From positions 1-64,000 of the forward strand of contig JAPEUI010000044.1 of NCBI GenBank assembly GCA_026025075.1: a stretch of DNA of 64,000 bases, read 5' to 3'. The notes beneath the pieces are model-generated. The model was not told the DNA's origin and made no database searches. It worked only from the letters and a program-made list of their open reading frames with translations. The DNA comes from Vezdaea acicularis. Taxonomy: Eukaryota. Of this stretch, positions 1 through 11,600 are shown in pieces (the stretch's first letter is position 1; each line of letters opens with the position of its first letter). The position numbers were made by a program, and so were the translations under genes.

Positions 1-368
1 GATGCGCTGGGTCGGTACGTGGGGTGGAAGTTCGTGTGCTGGGTAAGGACTTGGCAACACGAGAGAGAGGGGAGGCGGGGGAGGGCAATATGCGTAAGAG
101 GCGTGTGCACTTTTCGCAGATTGGCATGTCGTAGACTAATGACTACGTGTGGTAAAACAGGTAGAACGGAAAGACGAACGCACACATAAACGAAGAAACA
201 AACGAGTAAAACAGCGCATGATGCGCAAAATGGGCAATTTAGAGGAAAAGTGATCTCGAGCGCAGAGCGATAAACATCTAAAAATGAGTGTGAATATGAA
301 AGACTGAGTTCCAGCTACCGCCAAAAGCACGCTGTTATCCCCCCTTTTCTCATCTCCGGGGTTTTGCC

Positions 369-930
369 CTAGAGGATCTTGAGAACGCCACTCTTGACAT
401 CCGCCAAGAGTCGCTCAAACACTCTCTTGACGAGTTCTTCACTCTGAGCGGGCGGGGAGTCGTAGGAGAAATCGACGTCGTGGCCGGCAAGGGTGTTGAC
501 GATATGCGCTTTGAGCTTAGTGCCCTGCTTACACAAGCCCTCAGGTCGCCGATGACGTCGACGCTTTTGAGGTTGAGGATGTTGATGGTATTCCTAACGA
601 GTCAGTTGCCCATGTCGAGGGCGGCCTCGCTGGCCTCCCGCGCCTTCTCCATCGCGTTCTTCGCGATGTCGATATCCTTGACGTTTGCCCGGGCGAACGC
701 GAGCACCGTGTTGGCGGCGCCGAAGGCGATGGCCTCGGCCGACTGCGCGAGCGCCTTGACGGCCGCCTGTAGCCCGGAGAGCACCTTCGCCTCGGCGGCC
801 TGGAAGTCATCCAGGGCCTTCTTGGCGAATTGAGCGAGGTGGAGCTCGTTGCCCGCAGTCTGCACCGCGGTGAGGGCGTTGTTCGCCTGTGTCACGAGGA
901 TGTTCTGCACGTTGATCGTCTCCTGCACCT
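369..930 (-). pseudogene. Decayed 3' fragment of an Ala-rich, probably coiled-coil fungal hypothetical protein
   Basis: ORF 928-602 has strong GC3 codon bias and stops at TGA (604-602), but coding-like sequence continues in frame (LVRNTINILNLKSVDVIGDLR). Restoring one G at ~538-540 gives GLCKQGTKLKAHIVNTLAGHDVDFSYDSPPAQSEELVKRVFERLLADVKSGVLKIL* ending at TAG 371-369. There is no ATG start or upstream exon. Confidence 0.65.
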
Positions 931-1302
931 CACTGCCGCGCTAGCTAGCCAGAGCTGAGCTTGCGTTTGTTTTGGGCGCCTAAGGCGGTCGGGAGAGTCT
1001 TTCTCTCATGCTTGCTGCGGGACGGAGGGAGGTCACGCACGGCCAATTCCTAGAGAATAGGATAAGCCGGTCAGAACGTCAGTTGCGCTGCCTCTTACCG
1101 GCGTAGCTTGAGAGCATGTGGGCGACGGTTGTTTCGTTGCAATTACTAAGGCTTCATCAGTCTATTCAAACCGAACGCTGCTGCCACTGCTGCCGCTGCC
1201 GCTACCAAATACCAAAGGAGACTGGTCATGACATTGGCGGATAGTCTAACCTCTAATGCCAGCACAAGGTGCAGATCAGGAAATGACGGCGCTTTCCCCA
1301 TC

Positions 1303-2793
1303 TCAACCTTCTTCTCGGTCCATAATGTCTCGACTGCGTTTCCCGTCCTTTCCACCCTTAGTCCGACCATGTAGAGTTGCCCCTTTCGAACCCCTTTTCT
1401 CATGCAAGTCTTTCATCTCTCTGATTGCTTGTCTTTGCGCCTCTCCCACTCGTTCGCCCAGTACCATCACTTCTTCCTTTACCGTCTCGTACTCGGGCAT
1501 TTTCTTCCCCAAGGCCGCTTCAATGCGCAGCCATACCTCGACATCGTACTGCGTGACCATACTGATTGCGTGACCACTTTTGCCGGCTCGTGCCGTGCGC
1601 CCAATTCGATGTATATGTGTCTTAGAATCCGCAGGCAAGTCAAAGTTGAGAACTACATCAACGGAGGGTATATCCAATCCGCGAGCAGCCACGTCGGTGG
1701 CTACGAGGATCTCGCGACTACGGCCACGGAACTTCCCCAACGCGCCGAGTCTTGAAGACTGAGATAGCTGCCCATGCAAGGGAATTGCGGAGAACCCCAG
1801 GGCGCGAAGTAGAATTGCGATCCGTTGAGTCTCATTGACCGTGCGCGTGAACACGATGACAGACTGTCCAGCAAACTCATTCAGGAGGTAGACAAGGTAG
1901 ATGTCTTTGTGCTTGTGCGGTATGAACAGGTAGGACTGGAGGAGTGTAGACACTGTCTGGTACTTGCTTGATGAAATAGATACCCTCGCTGGGTTCGATA
2001 GGGACGCTCGCTGGAGTGACTCGACTTTCGAGCTTATTGTAGCGGAGAAGAGATAAGTCCGTCGTTCTTTCGGTAGCACTTTCAATATCTTGTCGAGTAT
2101 GGGCCCGAAGTCCAAGTCCAGCAGACGATCGGCTTCATCCATGACCAAGTACTTCAATTGACGCAACGAGAAGCCCTTTGTATTTTCAAGGTGATCCAAC
2201 AGCCTTCCTGGGGTGGCAACCACAATGTGCGGCTTCTTCCCTAGAGCGATGGCTTGAGGAACCATGTCCATCCCGCCTACAATCACAGCGCACCTTACTG
2301 CTATCAGAGACCCCAGAGCCTCAAACGCCTGTGATATTTGATATGCTAGCTCTCGTGTGGGCGCAAGCACTAACCCAAAGAGAGGCTGTGGCTTATCCAT
2401 CAGCGCTTGTAAGATGGGCAGTGCGAAGGCCGCCGTTTTCCCACTGCCTGTCTCTGCAAGGCCAATTATATCTCGCCCCTCGAGTGCTAGTGGTAGTGCC
2501 TCAGCTTGAATTGGGGTTGGGGCCTTGTAACCCAACGAAGCGCATGCATCGCACAATGATTCGATGATACCCTACATACTTAGCTATTTTCACACAACCA
2601 ACAGTCCTCCTCAGGTGAGAAGGAAGCTTACAAGTTCTTGGAATGATTTCTTAGCATCTAAGGGTTCCTCTGTAGAGTCCAACGCATCTCGAATAATTTC
2701 TTCGGAGGTTGCGCCTGATGACTGAGGCGGGACGAGCTGCTTGGTAGCACTGCTGGGCTGATCATTCAGCTTACGCTTCTTGGGAGTAGACAT
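1303..2793 (-). CDS. RRP3: ATP-dependent rRNA DEAD-box helicase Rrp3 (DDX47), 2 exons
   Basis: Q motif [39 protein letters not shown]. An intron GTAAGC...TAG (~2630-2572) joins SFQEL to [10 protein letters not shown]. Confidence 0.95.
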
Positions 2794-3042
2794 TGTGTCG
2801 TAGATTCTGTCAGTTGTTTAGATAGCTAGTTTCTAGAGGAATGTGAATAACGTGAAAGTGACATATCTGAAAGAAAGCTGGCTGAAGTTTGGGTCTCGGG
2901 TAAACTCCGCAAATGGTGCTCTCCGATTGGTCACTCTAGACACCGCCTGCACATAAACTTTCTGGAACTTTTCCACCGAAATTATGCTCATATTCTAATT
3001 GGCGGGAAATATCTGTCAACCTCTTCTCACAGCACATTCAAG

Positions 3043-4519
3043 ATGGCTCGTCGCAGAACAAAAAGCCGTACTCATTTAGCCGGACGTAAAGCTAGTGGTC
3101 CAATACAGGCCAGCAGTGCTCATGTCTCCATGGGTCGAGATCCTAAGAGTATGGTCATCAGGATAGGTGCCGGGGAAGTGGGGCCGAGTGTATCTCAGCT
3201 AGCTAAAGATGTGAGGTCTATGATGGAACCAGGTACAGCAAGCAGGTTAAAGGTTATAACATGATGGAATTGAAGTATATAACGAATGCTAATCAGTTTG
3301 CAGGAGCGCAAATCCAATAGACTACGTGACTATGTCACAATGGCCGGACCTCTAGGCGTATCACATCTTCTTCTCTTCTCACGATCAGAGTCTGGAAACA
3401 CCAATCTGAGGGTGGCTGTGACGCCAAGAGGCCCTACGCTTCACTTTCGAATTGAGAAGTATTCTCTTTGCAAGGACGTTCAAAAGGCCGCGAAACACCC
3501 AAAAGGAGGAGCAAAGGAGTTCCTGAGTCCCCCTTTAGTACGTATATCAAACACGAACACTTCGGTAGCGCCCTTTACTAATTTCTCTCTCTCTCTCAAA
3601 GCTTGTCATGAACAATTTTACGACTCCTATATCAGAAAACAACTCTCAACCCGCAGTCCCTAAACACCTCGAGCAGCTTACAACCTCCATCTTCCAGTCT
3701 TTATTCCCTCCGATATCACCGCAGACCACGCCTTTAACATCAATTAGACGCGTTTTACTTCTCAATCGTGAAATTACATCCTCAAAGGATGAGGAAGGCG
3801 AATACGTCCTCAATCTTCGACATTATGCTATCACCACTAAGCCAACTGGCCTGTCAAGAGGCATTCGTCGGCTGAACGCCGCAGAACAGATGCTAGCTTC
3901 CCGAGAAAAGCGGGGCAAAGGCCTACCTAACCTTGGAAAGCTCGAAGATGTCGCGGACTATCTCTTAGATCCTGCGGCAGCTACGGGATACGCGTCGACT
4001 AGTGAATCTGAGGTCGAGACCGATGCAGAAGTTGAAGTGCTTGAAAATGGTACTCGGAAAATACTTAACGCAAAGCAGCGAGAAGCAATGCGAAATGCCC
4101 CTGAAAGCATAGATGGTTCTACTCGATCCAACGTTGAAAAGCGAGCAGTGAGACTCATTGAATTAGGACCACGAATGAGATTGCGCATGACGAAGGTTGA
4201 AGAGGGTCTCTGCAACGGCAAAATCATATGGCATGAGTATCTACATAAGACAAAGGAAGAAGTAAAGAAGCTTGATAAGGTCTGGGAAGAACGTAGAGCC
4301 GAGAAGGAGCGTCGGAAGAAGGAGCAGAAAGACAACGTTGAACGAAAGCGGAGGGAGAGGAAAGGCAGTGATAAAGCCACAGAAAAAGAAGTGGGGGAGG
4401 ACGAGATGGATGAGGACCTCAACGACTGGGACAGTGAGGATATAGATTCAGACGGGGCTAATGAAGATATGGAGGTAGATCAAGTAGGCCGAGGTAGGCT
4501 TGAGGTTCCTAAAGGCTAA
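3043..4519 (+). CDS. SSF1: Brix-domain ribosome biogenesis protein Ssf1/Ssf2 (PPAN), 3 exons
   Basis: PKSMVIRIG, DVRSMMEPGTASRLK/ERKSNRLRDY, GPLGVSHLLLFS, PRGPTLHF, LRHYAI, ELGPRMRL. Introns at ~3253-3303 and ~3538-3604. Confidence 0.93.
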
Positions 4520-4765
4520 AAATGGGAGTGCACTTGAAGCGATACATTTATGAAGTCGTTCAATACCACGGCTGAATTGAATTGTATAATAGAAATGTCT
4601 GAAAATCATAAATTCGCCGTAAAAAGGTTAAAGAATACGCTTCCAGGTATCCTCATTGTGAGAAAGCATAGACTGTGTCCGGTTCGGATCTAGTGAAGGA
4701 GCACTCGTCATTGCATTACGGGAACCGTCAGTGTTCCAACCTCAAGCCAAGCTACAGATTGAACT

Positions 4766-5577
4766 ATGTTTACAGGCATAATAGAAAAGATAGGAGGTAT
4801 ATCACTGTAATCTCCTTCTATGGGAGACGATTCAACTTACTATACATAGTCGTCTCCGCGTTACAGACCAAAGATGATTCTAGCGCTGGTGGGGGCGGGA
4901 CTTCCATGACGATCTCCGACTGCGCCGAAATACTCACCGACGCGCACCTTGGGGACAGCATAAGCATCAATGGTTATTACGCAACCTCACAGCTGATCCA
5001 AAGCCACTAACACAAGTATCTCGTAGGAACATGCCTCACCATCACGGAATTTACAAAGGATGACTTCAAAGTCGGCATCTCGCCCGAGACGCTCCGGCGG
5101 ACAAACCTCGGCTCTTTGAAAACGAAGTCGACGGTGAATCTCGAGAGAGCCGTGTCTGCCTTAACGCGCATGGGCGGCCACTTTGCCCAGGGCCATGTTG
5201 ATACGACTGCTACCATCCTAGAGATCACGCCCGACGGCAATGCCCTGACGTTTCGCTTCCAGCCGCGCGATGCGAGTGTACTCCGCTATGTCGTTGAGAA
5301 GGGTTACGTTTGTATCGATGGGGCAAGTCTTACGGTCACGCGAGTAAATGATGTGGAAAGTTGGTGGGAGGTTATGCTGATTGCGTATACGCAAGAGAAG
5401 GTGGTTACAGCGGCCAAGAAGGTGGGGGAAGAGGTCAATGTGGAGGTGGATATGGTGGGGAAGTATGTGGAGAAGAGTGTTCAGGGGTACTTTGAGGGAC
5501 AGGGCGCTGGAGAGCTAGGCGTGCTTGAAAAGATGGTAAGGAGGATTGTGGACGAGAAAATGAAGGAGAGTAGATAG
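4766..5577 (+). CDS. RIB5: Riboflavin synthase (alpha chain), 3 exons
   Basis: Diagnostic N-terminus MFTGIIE at 4766, then GDSISING/TCLT, VNLERA, GGHFAQGHVD, KGYVCIDGASLT, VNVEVD. Confidence 0.95.
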
Positions 5578-5674
5578 GCAATTCTCTCACGGACCTGCCA
5601 AGGTTTAATGATGATTATCTATAAAATCAACGCCTTCGTGATCCTACCCTTCTGCCACACAAAACAATAATACT

Positions 5675-8600
5675 TTACAACTCTTGCACTCTTTCTAATA
5701 TCTCTTTTAGCTCCTCCATCAGCGCCTCTGTATCCTCTGACCCTTCAACAAGGCGTGGGAAAAATATACCGACATCAATGCCTTGACTCCTCACAGCCAT
5801 TTCAATATCTATTGTCGGTCCATAGGCAGCTCGTACTTTATTCTTCTTGATCCAACCCGGCTCATCTCCTTCTTCCCACACTGGCTCCTCCCAATCACTG
5901 TCAGTACTCCAATCTCTCGCTTGTTCAAGAACTATTTTATCATGGCTGGGATATCGTGGGTTCAGTTCCATTTCGGGCAAGCTCAAGATGTTGAGCGTGC
6001 AATCTAGCTTGACACCCGTCCACTCCAAGATTTCCCAAAGCCCTACTCGGGCATGGCGTGCTTCTGCTATTAGAAGCAGATCTTGCTGCACCCTTGCAGC
6101 GCTCTTTAGCAGTGGGGTTGATCTTGGTTCTCTTATTCGTAAAGGCAGTATATTCATCGTTGGCGCCACAAGCTTTTCAAGCTCTGGTATAGGCAGAGAG
6201 CGCTGAGCGAGGTATATGCCAAGGACAAAATCCGGATCTTTGTCGTTCGTGGGTGAAGGATGAAGCAAAGTGCAATGTGCACGAGCGTACACCGCAATCA
6301 GCACACTTTGAACGCTAAGCCCGGCACTTTTTGCAACATCGGCAACCGGCATAGAGGGGCTGAGGGAAGAGACGAAGAGGATCTTTCGAGCCCTTGAATG
6401 AACGTGCGACAGAGGAGAACCCCTATCCGCGAGCAGTGTACGTGTATTTATGCAGTTTTGCAAATAGGTCTGCCAGAAATCTTGACATCGGAGTGGTGTT
6501 GAGGAACCTATCAAGTAAGATATAAATCTTTTGATGGTCAAGTTTGAGAAGGGATGAGATTCGGGTTTGTTATAGAGCTCTTCTAGACGTCTGACAAGAA
6601 GCGGTAGGCTGACGCCATCGTATAGCGCATGGTGAATGCGCAGATGCAAGATCATTCCATCGTGAAGTTCGCCATCCAGCTTACAAACGCCGAGAAACAC
6701 CAAGCTATCTTTGTTGCCAGATGAAGTCACCGCTCTTACAAGATCTCGATGCAGAGACCTTTCATCAGAGGCCCACATAACGCTTTTCTTTTCTGCGCCC
6801 GTGAAATTCTTTATAATTTGGACGAAAGGGACGCGACTTCGATCAGTCGCTGCAAATAGCGTTCGTAAGATGGAATTCTCTTTACATAAGGCGACCCAAG
6901 CTGCTGCAAGACGATCTTTGTCCATCGAATGTGCGGTGAAGTATCGAAATGTAGGGTAAAACAGAGCGCCTCTACTATGTTGCCACGCAGAGAGCATATA
7001 GACTTGACCGGCAGTAGCAGGGAGCACAGACTCAACCGCATCATGCTTCATATTAAGTGTCTCGCACGCTTCGTCAATAAGATGCTCGCAAAGCAATCCG
7101 TCAGGGAAAAGATTCGGCGTTGCTTGCTCGCTATCTGTAATAGCTGAGACCGAACTGTTAACAAGTAGTGCTATATTTGCGATTGTCGTAGCTTTGAGTA
7201 TATCGCTCACTGAAATCCGTATGGACTGTTTCCGAAGAAGAGCGGAAACCTTAATGGCGCTGATTGAGTCGAGTCCGAGGTGAAATATAGTCTGAGTCTT
7301 TGAGATCTCTAGTTCCGCGATCCCTGACACTTTTGAAAGAACTGATCGAATGGCGGATTCAGTAGATAGCCATTCGCCAATTGCCATCAAGGATTCCGGT
7401 TTATCAATTGGGGTAACTGAGTCGGTGACAGACTCTACTTGTTGAAGCTCAAAGGCTAGCTGTCCACAAATTGAAAGACCTTCACTGGTAAAGTCGATGG
7501 TTGGATTCTCTGGTGACTTGAGTATATGCTCAAGCACGCTTTCCATCTGCATTAGTAGGTCTTCCGCGCCGTCTCTATCGAAGATAAAACTTTTACAGGC
7601 AGTCCGCCATACGACAGTGTCACCGACGATTTCCATTTCAACACAAACAGGATACTGAACCTCATTAGCTAAAGTATATGCCATGATTTGCTGATCTCAC
7701 CTCTACTTCAGATGACCCTCCCACTGACTCATAAAGTGACTCTCCCTCAGATCTCAAAGGTGGCCTTCTCTGATAGATGAACAAGGAGTCAAAAAGCCTT
7801 CGACCACTATGCCCCACCAGGGCTTTAGCCCTTCGAAGCGGGAAATGTTGATATTCGAGGGTGTCCGCATTCTGATCTTGCATGTACCGAAGTAACTCCT
7901 CGATTGAACCATGCAAGATTGACCTGATCGCAACGGTGTTCATTGTTGGAAACAGAACGTTTTGTGCTTTTTCCGTGTCTCGTCCAGAGAGAACCGTTCC
8001 AAAGACGACATCCAGTTTCTTCAGATGCTGTGCGAGCACCAGAGCCCAGCATGTCAACCCTATGGTCTGTACAGTAACTGCCTGCGACTTACAGAATACT
8101 ATCAGCCGCTCGGAGGAGAAGGAGGATATCCGTTCTCGGCGATGAACCCGATCTGATAGGTCATCATCATCAAGTTCAGAAGAAAGACAGCAGCTCTCCA
8201 CTCCTGAAAGGGTGTCCTTCCAATATTTTTCCGCAGCGGGGCCTGCTGAATTCAATATATCTGCGAGCACACTTCGGTAGCCTGGTCTAGGAGAGTATTT
8301 GGCAACGTAGGAACTGCGAACATCATCGTGTAGGAGTCCCTGTGACCAGCCATCGTACAAGGCGTGCGCCATAGATAGCAGCAACAACTTGCCTTCCTTG
8401 TCGTTGATTAGTGTAAGCTTGAAGTTTTTGCCTTCTGCAAGCTCTTTTCGCGCTCGATACATTGCTTCTTGAACTGCGCCGTCCTTTGACCCATAATCTG
8501 CAGCGAAGATGACGTCAAAAGTGTCGCCGACACTGTCGCACACAACTTGCGCATAGGTGGCGTCTATGTGAGGATCATCAATTTCGATAAAAGACGTACG

Positions 8601-11600
8601 CAATATTGGTGATTGTGATATTAAATTACACCATTGGGCTTCCAGCAACAACACGTCCGTTGACGAATGTAATGCCATAACTTCGTGGTTGAAATAGCGA
8701 GCCCCTTTAGAGGCCACCATCTCTGCTATCATCGCTTCCTGTAAGGGGGTCACTGGAAGAACACTTGTCGTATGTGGAGGAAGTTGATCAGTGTCCCTCA
8801 GATATGCCCATAGGAGTTTTTCTTGTTCAACCAAGTCGTTCCCATGCTTTTCAACGACAGATAAGACGCGTTCGCCCCGAGAGCTTTCAACAGCAATCTT
8901 CTGTGCCATAGCCGAGACTGTCGGACTGTGCATCACGTAGCTCACGGGTAGTTCGATACCGATTGTCCTCAACCGTGAAGTAAGCTTTATTACGTCGAGA
9001 CTGTCGAGACCTAGCTCAAATATCGAAGAGAAGGGCTTGACCAAAGAAACGTCGAGTCCTGCAATCTTAGCCAACTGATCCCTTATTTGCTTTGCTTGAT
9101 GAGACCATTCATATAAACCATCCACTTGCAAGCTTGGAGCACGTGCAGAATATGCGTCCCATACAATGTCGTGCTTGAGCTGAGAGCCGTCCTGACCTGC
9201 CCCAGGATCTTCTTCAACTGGGCTAGCTTCAATAAGAATGTTCGCGCCCAAGCATAAGGCTTTGGCATCTACTTCGATATCTCTCAAAGCTCTCTCAATC
9301 TCACCAAGAAGCTCGGCCGCGATTGTTTCGTTGAGAATTACCCCCTGCGCGACAATATTAAGTTGGAGGTAAGGCGTAGAGGAATCTGGATTATATACAG
9401 CTTCAAGAGATATTGGATACTAGCACATGTCGTATTTAGTCAAGTACTCAAGGGGCACGAAACATCCAGGGAAGCATACATCAGCCTGAGGAGCAGCCTC
9501 GACCTCTTTCCACAGATGATATTTCCCGCCCCAATCATCCGCCTCTTTTTGGAACACAAAGAGCGAATCAATCAAGGGCTCGTCAGGTGACCGATTGCAC
9601 CATTTCGTAACATCTCGTAGTGCTGTATGCTGAAACGGAACTGCTGTAGTATTGAAAGCGTGACACTTCTTGATTATGTCATCCCAAGAATTTTTAGAAG
9701 TTGTTTTTATGTAGAAAGGAATAGTATTGAAGAGAGGTCCAGCAATATTTTCAGCATCTTCTAAATGAATATTCCGCCCTGAAACCACCAACCCCATCGC
9801 GGCTGGAATTTGGAAACGCCTCTGGAAGACAACGCACCAAGCAGCTTGAATGAGGGATTGATGCGTTACTGAGTGCGACCTCCGAATACGGTCAATGACG
9901 TCAAGCGGAATGGCTCGCGAAGAAGTGACTGTTCCATACGCTGGATGCGCTGTCAGATGTGGGATTGCAGCATATTTATTCCCTTCCATTACCTCTTTCC
10001 AGAACTCCTTGGCGCCTTTGGTTTTCATCAAAGGGCCGAAAGACAGGGCGTCATGAAACTTTGGCCGCACCATTGAAGGTAATGATTGATATTCTGAAGC
10101 TACGTCTTGGAGGATCATCCGAAGACTCATGCCATCGTATAATGCGTGCACAATGTATATGCACAATACTCTTTGAACAGGACTCTGCAGCAAGTGAAGT
10201 TCAAAGCAAGATTTGGTAAAGGCACGGTTGGCTCGCCACCAGTCTGTGAAAGCTTTTGATTCATACTTCTCAAGAGCTGTCACCGTAGCAAATTCATGCT
10301 TGTACCACGGTAAGTGGGGCCTTCTCATGACTACCTGGGCGAAGCCATCATTCTTCTGCAGAAACTTTGTTCTGAGAACTTGAGTTGCTTGGTAAACTGT
10401 CTTCCAGGCGTTTTGGAGCATTTTCAAGTCTGTTGTGGATGGAAGCTCGAGACGAACCATATTAAAATACAGCGGCTCCTCACTCCGAAGAGATCTAGAA
10501 ATGATTCCTTCTTGCAGCGGCGTACAAGGAGCAATTGATTCTATGCTATCGACAGTAACTTCGAGAGTCTTCGAAAAGGAGGCCAAATACTTCTTAGAAT
10601 ATGCGTTGATATTGTGTTGTGCCGACATTTGATCAAGATTACGCCGATTGCTGGTCTTCGGGCTCTCTGTTAGCGCAGCCATGAGGCTACTAATAATCGG
10701 ATCTATGGATTTCAATGACCAAAGAAGAGCCCGGATTCTCAGATAAAACTTACTTTGTATAATTGTCGAGTTCTGTGCTTCAATCAACCCTCTCTGCCTC
10801 AATTTTCTGGCAAAACCAATGACCGAGATGGAGTCAAGCCCTATGTTAAAGATGTTAGATCCTCTACCAATTGCATCAGGCTTCAACCCCGTAGCTTCGC
10901 ATATAGCCTGAAGAATGATCTCTTCTTTTTCTGAGCTATGTTCCCACATGCCATTCCAAGACGAGGTTAATTCATGTAACGTTTCAGGAGAAAGATTACT
11001 ATAAAAGGTCTTCAACCTTTTGTAGTCTGTCTTATTGTTAACAGATAAAGGAATTCTGGTAAGGGGTAGAAAATGAGTTGGCACCATGTATCCTGGTAAT
11101 TTAGCGTGACATGCATCTTGAGCCGCTGCTACTAGTTTTTTCAGGAAAGGCCCGCAAAGCAACTGCAGTGATGAATGAAGAGGAATCTGAAGAGATGGAA
11201 CGAAGAATGATACAAGTTGCTCCTTCATTTGGTTGGGATGCTTTAGAACCAAGGTTTCAATCTCCTGTATATCGCTGACGCTGCCCTTGATAACTTCATT
11301 AATTTCCGCTATCTCAAGCCGTTGGCCTCGAAGCTTTACTTGGTCGTCGGCCCTCCCAAGAAAGTCAAATGAGTCATCATGAAGAATGCGAACAATGTCT
11401 CCCGTGCGGTACACCCTCTCTTCAAATTTTTCAAGTATGGGAAAAGCCTTCTCCGTCATTTCAGGTAGGTTCAAATATCCTTGCCCAACTAATGTGCCGG
11501 AGACGCAGAGCTCGCCCACAGCTCCTCGCAAGACGGGATTGGTTCCTTTTGGGTTTAAGACAAACGAGCCCACATTGTCAAATTGTGGACCTATATTAGA

